Part shown: piece by piece, positions 54,948-63,724 of the stretch
Layout of the letters: each line of letters starts with the position of its first letter
Position numbering within the stretch: position 1 is the stretch's first letter
Assembly: GCA_963804165.1 (NCBI GenBank)
Contig: CAWDPO010000030.1
Location: 1-64,000, forward strand
DNA from: an uncultured delta proteobacterium
GTDB lineage: Bacteria > Desulfobacterota > Binatia > UBA9968
Direction: 5' to 3'
DNA: 64,000 bases
The notes under the pieces: generated by a model
The model's input: only the letters and a program-made list of their open reading frames with translations
Database searches by the model: none
Told to the model about the DNA's origin: nothing
Translations under genes and position numbers: made by a program

Positions 54948-55790
54948 ATGTCGGATCTCGCACAGGCTCCTTTTGAATCGGCCCGAAGCCAAGCCGATAC
55001 CGTCATCAAAGTTGAAAATGTTTCCAAAGTCTTCCAGACGCCGAGCCAAGAAAATCTCAGCGCGCTCTTGAAACATCGATTTGGAGATCCGCCCCGGCGA
55101 GTTTGTCACCGTCGTCGGACCGAGCGGCTGCGGCAAATCCACGTTGCTCAAGCTGATCGCCGGATTTTCCCCTGTCTCGGCGGGTCGCATCCTTTGTCAG
55201 GGCGATGAAGTGCGCGGGCTCAATACGCGAGTCGGTTATGTGCCGCAAGAGAGCAAACTTTTCCCGTGGCTCACCGTGGAAGAAAACGTCGGCTTCGGCC
55301 TTAATCCGAAGCGCTATTCGCGCACCGACCGCGAGCGACAAGTAAGCTATTTCATCAATCTTGCCGGCCTCTCCGGCTTTGAAAAATATTATCCGGCGCA
55401 GTTGTCCGGCGGCATGGGCAAGCGCGCTTCGATCATCCGCGCGCTCGCCTACGAACCGCCGGTAATCTTGATGGACGAACCGTTCGGTCCGCTCGATGCG
55501 CAAACGCGCATGGTGCTGCAGGATGAGCTGCTCAAAATCTGGGAACAGAAGCGCCAGACCATCTGTTTGTCACCCACGACTTGGTTGAAGCGGTCGCCCT
55601 CGCCGACCGCGTGGTCGTCATGACGCATCGCCCGGGAAAAATCAAAGATGTCATAAGGATCAATATGGCCAGGCCGCGCAATATTTTCGAGATTCACCGC
55701 CAGGAAGGTTTTGACGATGCTTATGGCCGCTTGTGGCAAATCTTTCGCCACGAGCTCAATATCGGGCGCGCCAGCGCGCAGGATTCATGA
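54948..55790 (+). CDS. NitT/TauT-type ABC ATP-binding protein, frameshifted
   Basis: GPSGCGKST, LSGGM, LMDEPF across ORFs 54948/55081/55581. Confidence 0.9.
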
Positions 55791-56641
55791 CCGATCAAGT
55801 CCGCCAGCCGCGCTCCGAGATAACTCGATCTATGCCAACGACCGCAACGGCAAAGTCGATCTTTTCGCGCACTGTCACGGTAACACTAATTCGCAGCGCC
55901 ATTGTAGTGGGTTTTTTCCTTGCCTGGGAATTCGCGTCCGGCAGATGGATCGAACCGTTTCTCATCAGCAGCCCCAGCCGTATTTTTACGTCTCTGTTCA
56001 CCGGTTTCTACTCGGGTGATTTGCTGCAGCACACCTGGGTGACTTTTTTAGAAATCGCCATCGGCTTTCCGGTCGGCGCTATAGCGGGCATCGGCCTCGG
56101 CTACAGTTTCGGCCGCAGCCGCTTGCTTGCCGAGATATTCGAACCGATCATTATTGCGCTCAACGGGATTCCGCGCACCGCGCTTGCGCCGCTTTTCATC
56201 GTCTGGCTGGGCATCGGCTTGTGGTCGAAAATCGGCGTGGTTTTTCTCCTTACGTTTTTTCTCAATTTTTTTAACACCTATACCGGCATGCGCCAGATGG
56301 ATCATGAATACGTCGACCTGGCGGGTCTCATGGGCGTCAAAGGTTGGAAGCTGACGTTTAAAGTCATCTTCCCGGCGATTTCTCCCTATGTCTTCACCGG
56401 CATTCGCACGAGCATCCCTTTCGCGGTGATCGGCGCCATCGTCGGCGAGTTCGTCGCCGCCACCGAAGGCGTCGGCTTCTTCATCCGCATGTCGGCGGGT
56501 ATCTTTAGAACAGCCGACGTCTTCGTCGGCATCATCGTCTTGATGATCATGGTGATCATCATGGACAAAGTAGCCGCGCTGGTCGAGCGCAGAGCGCTGC
56601 GCTGGCAGACGCAAACCGAACACATACAAATCCAGGCCTGA
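55787..56641 (+). CDS. NitT/TauT-type ABC permease
   Basis: ATGA overlap; IPRTALAPLF, VIGAIVGEF. Confidence 0.92.
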   Translation: MTDQVRQPRSEITRSMPTTATAKSIFSRTVTVTLIRSAIVVGFFLAWEFASGRWIEPFLISSPSRIFTSLFTGFYSGDLLQHTWVTFLEIAIGFPVGAIAGIGLGYSFGRSRLLAEIFEPIIIALNGIPRTALAPLFIVWLGIGLWSKIGVVFLLTFFLNFFNTYTGMRQMDHEYVDLAGLMGVKGWKLTFKVIFPAISPYVFTGIRTSIPFAVIGAIVGEFVAATEGVGFFIRMSAGIFRTADVFVGIIVLMIMVIIMDKVAALVERRALRWQTQTEHIQIQA

Positions 56642-56659
56642 AAGAAGGGAGAGCTAACG

Positions 56660-57835
56660 ATGGAAAGGCAGATGAAAATCACAGCTCGCAGTGGGCAGGA
56701 ATGCTTCGACAAGCTCAGCATGAACGGATACTTCTCACTGCTTTCACTCCTATCTTCGTTCGTCCTGAGCCTGTCGAAGGATTCCGAGAGAATGTTCCAG
56801 CGGTTTGCCGGGCTCACTGTAGCGACGATCATCGGGTTGGGCCTGAACATCGCCTCGCAGGCGCAAGCCCAACAGAGAGACATGCCCGAAGTCAGTATGT
56901 TGACCGCCGTGCCCAACTTCGCCTTCGCAGCGATCTGGGTTGCCGAGCAGCTCAAATATTTCGAGCAGGAGGGCGTCCGGATAAAAATCACGCCCGCTCC
57001 GAGCGGCTCGGTCTGTTTGAACGCGGTGGTCGGCCGCTCCACCAATTTCTGCGCGTCCACGTCAGAGGGACTCGTCCTGGCGAAAGTCGAGGGCGCGCCG
57101 GCGATTGCGATTCAAGCGCACAATCGCACGATGACGTTGAGCGTCGTGCTGCGAAAAGCGATCGTCGATAAATTCGGTCTCACCCGCGCTAGCCCCATCG
57201 GCGAGCGCCTTAAAGCGCTGACTCAGCTCGGCACCATCGGCGCAACCGGACCGGGGGCGGCCTCTGAACAGATATTTAAATTCCTAGTGAAAAAAGCCGG
57301 CGCAATTGGGACAATAATTAAGTTCGTCTACATCGGAGCGCCCGAACTTCCCGCTTCGCTGATGAACGACGTGATCGACGCCTATGCGCTTTCCCCGCCT
57401 TCGGCCGAAATCACCGAGGCTAGCGGCAAGGGCTACGTTCTGATCCCGCTGGGGAAGGGCGAAATTCCGGAATTGACAGATTACCCTTATGAAGTTCTCA
57501 TGGTCCGCCCGGATTACGTCGAAGCGAACCCGAAGATCGCCATGGCGGTGGCGCGGGCGATATCGCGCGGCGGCGCGCTGTTCCGCAACAAACCGGAGGA
57601 AGCAAAAGCCGCGCTGCGCGCCCACCGGCTCTCGGTCAAACTATCTTCCGAGGTCTTCGAGCTCTCACACAACATGGTCGCCGGCGCCATGCCTCCGTGG
57701 GGAACGATGAGCGCCGCGGGATGGCAAAAGGTCATCAACTTCGCCACCGGCGCCGGCATCGTCAAAGATCTGTCCCAAGCCCCGTCGAATAAAGAGGGCG
57801 TGCTCTGGACGAATAAATACGTCGGCAAGCCGTGA
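56660..57835 (+). CDS. NitT/TauT-type ABC substrate-binding protein (alternative start 56792)
   Basis: Signal peptide AQAQ; WVAEQLKYFEQEG; REP-derived N-terminal extension. Confidence 0.88.
   Translation: MERQMKITARSGQECFDKLSMNGYFSLLSLLSSFVLSLSKDSERMFQRFAGLTVATIIGLGLNIASQAQAQQRDMPEVSMLTAVPNFAFAAIWVAEQLKYFEQEGVRIKITPAPSGSVCLNAVVGRSTNFCASTSEGLVLAKVEGAPAIAIQAHNRTMTLSVVLRKAIVDKFGLTRASPIGERLKALTQLGTIGATGPGAASEQIFKFLVKKAGAIGTIIKFVYIGAPELPASLMNDVIDAYALSPPSAEITEASGKGYVLIPLGKGEIPELTDYPYEVLMVRPDYVEANPKIAMAVARAISRGGALFRNKPEEAKAALRAHRLSVKLSSEVFELSHNMVAGAMPPWGTMSAAGWQKVINFATGAGIVKDLSQAPSNKEGVLWTNKYVGKP
56704..56779. repeat. REP-like inverted pair within the SBP 5' region
   Basis: CTTCGACAAGCTCAGCATGAACG ... 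CGTTCGTCCTGAGCCTGTCGAAG. Confidence 0.7.
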
Positions 57836-57907
57836 ATTCACTCTGTCGTATCTCGGCGTTTGTCTGGGTAAGAGAAGCCCTCAAGACGTACAGTTGCGGT
57901 GTTCGAC

Positions 57908-58454
57908 ATGCATTTTAATGCGGGAGCAATACTACCTCCACAGGTCACCAAAACGAACAATGCTCGACAAGTCGGACTCGTGCTCGATACGCTGCTTTTT
58001 CGGTTTAGCGACGAATTCGAACTTGATCCTTACATTGAGGTGTGCGATTGCATCGTGGAATCACGGAGCTTTTTTAAAAGAGGAAATAAGCGTTACGGGA
58101 AAACTGATCCGTCATGCGAGACATGCAACGGCACCGGAAAAATGAAGACCACTTACAACACATTCGCTTGCTTTGACTGGTGGGAGATCGGAGGAAACTG
58201 GGACGGCGACTTAGCAGGAATAACGCGAAAATCCAATACACTATGGCGTAATTGTGTCGTGGTGAGGGATCTGCCAAAAAACTACTATTTCTTTGCCTTA
58301 GTCACTCCTAATAAGAAATGGCACGAGCAGTGGCATTTTACAGAAAGGTAAGCGCACTGAAGAAAAGGAAATTGCACTGTGGCATGAGTTTCAAAAGAAG
58401 CTACTAGGAAGACATTCGGCCCGTCTAGTAGTTTTGATCGACTGCCACCGCTAG
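57908..58454 (+). CDS. Uncharacterised Zn-finger-containing protein (phage-like), frameshift near 58345
   Basis: MHF start, CDC, CETCNGTG, TTYN, DWWEIGGNWDG, ALVTPNKKWHE; reconstructed tail ..LWHEFQKKLLGRH..VVLIDCHR*. Confidence 0.65.
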
Positions 58455-58491
58455 AGCATCTGAAGCGCGTACCGTATTGGAGGACTGGCCT

Positions 58492-59104
58492 GTGAGTGCT
58501 AAAGAAGCAAGCAAGGAGAGTACCCGCACCACGCGCAAACTGTTTTCTTACGTGGTTGACCATGACGAAGGTCGTGCACCAAATCCATATTTCGGCTTCT
58601 GTACGCTATGCCTTTGTAAGCATCGAAAAACCAAAAAAAACCGCCAAAACGTAGTTGAAAGGGCTAAAGTTGGTGACTGGATCGTCGGAACAGGCGGTGC
58701 AAGCAAAAGGAGCGCAGGTCATGGCAAGATCATATATGCAATGCGGATTGATAGAAAAATTTAGACGGCTCGAATATTACCGAGATCCGACGTTTGCGAA
58801 GAAGAAAAAGGTGATCGCGGCGACAACTTGCGTCCCGAGAATTGCTTCCAAGAGACGCAGCAATTTGTGCTAATATCCTGCCACTATCGGTATTTCGGTA
58901 AAAAAGCGATTCCAATACCCAAAGCCAAATTTCCTGAACTTGAAAAAAGAGGACCGAGCTTTCGTAGCGACTTTCAAGGAGCCGTATATCTCACGCTTCA
59001 CGTCTTGGCTCAAAAAAAACTACAAGAAATGCGGCAAGCGCGGTGAGCCATGTTCGAGACCGAAGCCTCGTCGCACCGGAAACCCTAAAACGATATGCAA
59101 GTAG
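58492..59104 (+). CDS. Nmad2-like (nucleotide modification-associated domain 2) protein, frameshifted
   Basis: GGAGGA RBS plus GTG; LFSYVVDHDEGRAPNPYFGFCTLCLCK, VGDWIVGTG, IIYAMRI, EYYRDPTF, GDN, VLIS..YFG..AIPIP; reconstructed stop overlaps the next ATG. Confidence 0.75.
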
Positions 59105-59820
59105 TGCTGCTGAGAGTTGGTATAGACACCGGCTCCGGAGGAATCCATGGACCGTTGTTCAGGGACGGTTCATTTAAATACGTGCCTATTAGGGACGGTT
59201 TCAACGGGTGCGGAATAAGCGATCAAACCTACGGGAATACGGACGCCATATATGGCAACAGAACTCTAGTTGATTATTTTCCTGAAAGAGTTCGCGAGAG
59301 TCGTCGGAATATACCAATCCATCACGACCCGGAGTTCCAGACATTCACCTATGGTGATCCGACACCGCCCAAACAAGGTCTCAGGAAGCTCCATAACGGG
59401 GATATGTTAGTCTTCTACGCGGGGTTGCACGGGTGGAATTTCGAATGTGCTCCGGCGTTATATATCGTCGGCTTTTTTGAAGTGGAGACAGCAGGGTTAG
59501 CAACGGATTTCAGCCAACGTGATCTTCAGAGGTATTTTGGGCAAAACTTTCATGTTCGGCACCCGTCCGTTTTTCGAAAGCAGAAGGATCGACTCGTTCT
59601 TGTCAAAGGAAATAAACGGAGTCGTCTATTGAAAAAGGCGCGGGTCATTAGCTCGGTTGGCGCCGACGTGAGGGGGAGGCCGCTTCATATTTTGTCTCCT
59701 GACATGCAAAAGATTTTTGGAAACTTCGATGGTCACGTCAGTATTCAGCGCTCGCCTCCCCGGTGGGTGGCCGAAAGATTTGTCGCCAAAGCTTCCGCAT
59801 TTGTTATGTCTTTACGCTAA
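59095..59820 (+). CDS. Nmad3-like (nucleotide modification-associated domain 3) protein
   Basis: Intact ORF; RVGIDTGSGG..GPLFRDGSFKYVPI, HHDPEF (HxD), TYGD, GDMLVFYAGL, YIVGFF, NFHV. Confidence 0.78.
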   Translation: MQVVLLRVGIDTGSGGIHGPLFRDGSFKYVPIRDGFNGCGISDQTYGNTDAIYGNRTLVDYFPERVRESRRNIPIHHDPEFQTFTYGDPTPPKQGLRKLHNGDMLVFYAGLHGWNFECAPALYIVGFFEVETAGLATDFSQRDLQRYFGQNFHVRHPSVFRKQKDRLVLVKGNKRSRLLKKARVISSVGADVRGRPLHILSPDMQKIFGNFDGHVSIQRSPPRWVAERFVAKASAFVMSLR

Positions 59821-59942
59821 GAACGATTATACGCACAATCACATCGAGGCATTAATTCTCCGCAAATGAATAGGCAACAAGCAATATACTTCCTAGGACT
59901 ACTAAGCTTGTCAAATAACCAAAGCCTGACACGGAGTCTGAG

Positions 59943-60503
59943 GTGAACCTTCCGATTGGTCCTGTGACCCAGTACCACGACAAACCCCTCTCACTGCTTT
60001 CCCTCGTCGGAATGCTCGTGGTTCTCGTTGCGTTAGTCACCATCTTTCTACCTGCGGTACACCGGGTGGGATCATCCCCTTGCAAGGTGTTCGGAGCCTA
60101 CAAGCACAACGTCGCCACGCTCTCGGACTACGTTGAATATAAGCGAGATGCCAATCGGTTCTACGACCAACACGGCGCGGCTATCCTGACCTTCGACTGT
60201 GAGCGAATCAGTGATGACCTCGTGAAGATGACCCATGATCAGATGGTCTCTGCCGAGACCGAGAGTTTCGGTGGTGCGCGGGATGTCATCCAGATGTTTG
60301 TTCGTTACCGCCTTTTGGGCGCCTGGCGTGAAGGAACCGTCCTTCATCTCGCCAATCCCAACGTCGTTGACAGCGGACCCAAAGCGGTCTTTGGAAGGAA
60401 ATTCTCAGCGTGGAAGGACCAGGTAAGGGAACTTGCAACGGTACGAAGATGGGCATTAGGAAAGGGTCACGGAGAAGGGGTCAAGTCCGCTTTTAGCTTT
60501 TAA
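59943..60503 (+). CDS. Hypothetical membrane-anchored protein; its 3' end runs into the transposon TIR
   Basis: 186-aa ORF with one hydrophobic helix (LLSLVGMLVVLVALVTIFL); GAGG RBS. Confidence 0.5.
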   Translation: MNLPIGPVTQYHDKPLSLLSLVGMLVVLVALVTIFLPAVHRVGSSPCKVFGAYKHNVATLSDYVEYKRDANRFYDQHGAAILTFDCERISDDLVKMTHDQMVSAETESFGGARDVIQMFVRYRLLGAWREGTVLHLANPNVVDSGPKAVFGRKFSAWKDQVRELATVRRWALGKGHGEGVKSAFSF

Positions 60504-61512
60504 TGGTGTCGTTTACATCGAATAAAGAAGGGGCATGGCTCGACCGTTACGAATCGAATACCCCGGCGCTTACTACCACGTCATGAACCGCGGCCTGTCG
60601 CACCGGGATATTTTCCTGGAGGACCAGGGGCAGAGAGTTTCTTGGACTTACTCTCCGACATCACACGGCTTTGGAAAGTAGAAATCTACGCCTATTGTTT
60701 GATGAACAACCATTACCATCTTCTGCTGTCGACGCCGGCGGTGGGATTATCGCGAGCGATGCGACATCTGGACGGGATTTACACACAGAAGTTCAATCGC
60801 GTGCATCATCAAGACGGCCCGCTGTTTCGCGGCCGTTACAAAGCCATCCTGATCGATGCCGAAGCGTATTTCCTATCGGTGGTTCGTTACATCCATCATA
60901 ATCCGGTGGGCGGCGGCAGTGTGCGGGATATGGATCATTACCGGTGGAGCAGTCATTGGGGGTATCTGAACAAGAAACAGTGCCCAAAGTGGCTCAATAC
61001 AGAATCGGTCATGTTACGGTTTAGCGGTGTTCAGGAATATCAGAGATATGTGCAGAGCGAGATTGAGGAAAAGATCGACGACTTTTATAAGGGTCGTAAT
61101 CAAATGCCGATTTTGGGCGACAAAGGATTTGTCCAGAGAGTGCGGAAAATGCTTGGCGAGAAGGCCAAAGTGGAAGGCGTCAAGCCCGAGTCCCGGCAGG
61201 TATTTGGACTGCGCATCGAAGAGATCGCGCGGGCCACGGCGCGGGAGTACGGCAAGCGAGTGGAGGATTTGAAGCGGCGTCGCAGGGGAATCGAAAATGA
61301 AGCCCGCACAATGGCGATGTATTTGAGTTGGCAACTGGGCGGGTATCAAGCACAGCGAGATCGGCAAAGCGTTGGGATTAGACAACGAGTCGTCAGTAAG
61401 CTCGGCGTGTCTGCGGATGAAATTACGGGTAGCGCAAGACCGCAAGATCGACCAAAGGGCTCGAAGAATTACTGATGCGCTGACAAAAAGCTAAAAGCGG
61501 ACTTGACCCCTT
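60475..61512 (+). mobile_element. TIR-flanked Y1 (HUH) tyrosine transposase element
   Basis: Perfect 27-bp inverted repeats AAGGGGTCAAGTCCGCTTTTAGCTTTT (60475-60501) and AAAAGCTAAAAGCGGACTTGACCCCTT (61486-61512). Confidence 0.85.
60535..61494 (+). CDS. RAYT-like Y1 transposase with C-terminal DnaA-C-like HTH, frameshifted
   Basis: MARPLRIEYPGAYYHVMNRG, CLMNNHYHLL (HUH), LFRGRYKAILID, RYIHHNPV, YRWSS, ARTMAMYL. Confidence 0.88.
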
Positions 61513-62106
61513 TTTCGTCTAGTAGTTTTCACGATCATCAACTGCGAGCGTGGCGTCAAATGGTTTTACGTATGCCAAAAGCTGCTGTAGAAAGATACTG
61601 GACGTTGCATGGATTGCTTGTTCGCCGTGCTTGGCTCGCTTCCGACATAAATAGCGGGCACCTCAGTTATTCGATCAACGACAAGTTTCTCAAAACCCTT
61701 AAATGTATTTTGGAGATGGGTTATCAAGTCGCGACCGGAAATGGACGGTGAACCTGTTGGAAGGTACGGCACATACATAACAGGACGGACGTGATAATGA
61801 CGAGATACGACCGATCAATGGAAATTCCGAACTGACCGTACTTCTGGCCATGAAACCCAAGACATTCATATGGAATATCGGCAAAACAGGTGATGGTAGG
61901 AATTAGAAATTCTCCTTTCACCATGTCAGCGTCCCAGTTGATTTCAATGCGGTGCTCGCCCCGTCCTTTGCGTGGGGCCAATAGGATATCCAACCGCCCG
62001 CAAGAATTTCCTTCAGGATTTTATAATTTTCTCGATGTTCGTCGGGGTGTCTGAAACCAACCGAATGGAAAAGCTCGTCAGATACATAATTGGTAACTTC
62101 CGTCAT
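61513..62106 (-). pseudogene. AbiGi-like abortive-infection antitoxin family protein, truncated at the TIR
   Basis: NYVSDELFH, CFADIP..HGQKYGQFGIS, RPV-MYVP, LAYVKPFD..ENY; ends at the right TIR. Confidence 0.65.
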
Positions 62107-62296
62107 AAAATTCCCCAAGAAAAAAAGGCGCATGGTTAGCTAGCATTGTTAGTCGGCCGTCTAAACTCTTCCATGGGCATAACACATCTCCGGTTTTGTT
62201 TTTGCGTAAAACTGTCCGCCGGTCACATGAAACATGCAGCGCTCAAATCACGCCGCGACCGAAATTAAAATCTCACAATCGGTTAGTCGGCAGAGA

Positions 62297-62970
62297 TCAG
62301 CGGTAGCCCATCGCCGCTAAGAACTGTTTCAGGGAAGCAAATTTTAGGTAGGGATTGGTCTTTTTCTGTTCGCCGATCGTCGCGTGCTAAGCGGCGCGTA
62401 GTTGTGGCCAGGAAAGAGAATCGTGTCATCCGGCAGCGCCACCAGCTTCTGGGTCAGGCTGTAATACATCTGTTCGGCGTTGCCGCCGGGGAAATCTACT
62501 CGTCCGCAGGCATCGATAAACATCGTGTCGCCCGACACTACCCGCCCGTCGACGAGGAAACATTGCGAGCCCGGCGTGTGGCCGGGCGTGTGCATGAGCT
62601 CGATCTCGATACCGCCGACATCGACTTTGTCGCCGTTGTCGCTTTTGATCATGTCCGATGACGACAGCCCCTTAATGAACTCCGCTTCCGCTTTGTGCAC
62701 GACCACCTTGGCTTTACACTTTTCAAGCAGCTCCGTCACACCGTCGATCTCCATGCCGGAAAATCCGCCACCGACGTGATCGGGATGCGTGTGCGTCACG
62801 AACGCGTGCGTGATTTCCATCTCGTCCTGCTTCGCGATCTTGAGAATCGTATCGATTTCCCACGCGGCATCGACCACCGCAACTTTGCGGGTTTCGGTCG
62901 AACCGATCAGATAGACGTAATTCTGCATCGGCCCGATCTCGATCTGTTTGAAGTAAAGTCGGTTATCCAT
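62297..62970 (-). CDS. MBL-fold metallo-hydrolase (glyoxalase II-like), C-terminal frameshift
   Basis: THTHPDH, HTPGHTPGS, SGDT, PGHNY; reconstructed end KQFLAAMGYR*. Confidence 0.9.
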
Positions 62971-63001
62971 ATTTAAGTTCCCCGCACGCGACAGTTCTGA
63001 A

Positions 63002-63136
63002 TGTCATTCTGAGGCCCTTCGGCACGCTCAGGATAAACTCTGCCGAAGAATCTGCTTTCCCTCTTTGCCGCGAACCAATCCTGAAGAGGCGTCGACCGGA
63101 AACGAAGCAGATCCTTCGCTGGCGCTCAGGATGACA
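63002..63136. repeat. REP-like composite palindromic element
   Basis: TGTCATTCTGAG..GAAGAATCTGCTT ... AAGCAGATCCTTCG..CTCAGGATGACA. Confidence 0.65.
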
Positions 63137-63193
63137 CCAGTGATTTGTAGCATTGCGATACAGTCCCGCGCGGAGAAAAAGATCAGAGGTTGC

Positions 63194-63634
63194 TCAGCGA
63201 ACCTTCGCTGATAGCGACTGATAGCTGACTCCGTCGCCGTTGTCGTCGCTCACCGGCAACCCCGAGCCTGCCCAGCCCGGCGCGACCACCGTGCCCATCG
63301 GATCGCGCATGCCGCCGAAGCCGCCAATCATGTTGGCAACATCCTGAAAGCCCGCCTGCTGCAGAAAACCGGCGGCGGCGTTGGAGCGAGGTCCGGCCTG
63401 GCAGCCGACGATAATCTTCTTCTCGTGCGGAAAATTCGCTTCCACGACTTTGACGAAATCCGCGTTCATCATCATGCCGCGCGCCGGATCGGGAAAAGCC
63501 ACGGGAATATTGACCGCGCCGGCCGGGTGGCCATTGGCAAACTCCCGCTCGGTGCGTACGTCAATGTAAACGACACTGGTGTCATTGGTGAGAATTTCGT
63601 GAGCCTGCTGCGGCGTGACTTCTTTGATAGCCAT
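63194..63634 (-). CDS. Rhodanese-like domain protein
   Basis: YIDVRTEREF..GHPAGAVNIP, GCQAGPRS. Confidence 0.92.
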   Translation of the reverse strand: MAIKEVTPQQAHEILTNDTSVVYIDVRTEREFANGHPAGAVNIPVAFPDPARGMMMNADFVKVVEANFPHEKKIIVGCQAGPRSNAAAGFLQQAGFQDVANMIGGFGGMRDPMGTVVAPGWAGSGLPVSDDNGDGVSYQSLSAKVR

Positions 63635-63644
63635 TTGACTCTCC

Positions 63645-63724
63645 GGTTCCGAGTTCCGGGTTCCGGGTTTCGGGTTAACTCGGAACTTTGAACTCGGAAC
63701 CCAAAACGGCGCGCTTCGCGCGCC
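63645..63724. repeat. Inverted heptamer arrays plus GC hairpin
   Basis: GGTTCCG AGTTCCG GGTTCCG GGTTTCG / AACTCGG AACTTTG AACTCGG AACCCAA; GGCGCGC-TTC-GCGCGCC. Confidence 0.65.

Noticed and set aside
57850-62200. Prophage
   Set aside because: No structural, terminase or integrase genes; only one phage-like ORF.
62130-62295. Integron attC site at the island edge (GTTAGTCGGC occurs twice)
   Set aside because: Core sites match RYYYAAC/GTTRRRY poorly, there is no long palindrome, and no integrase.
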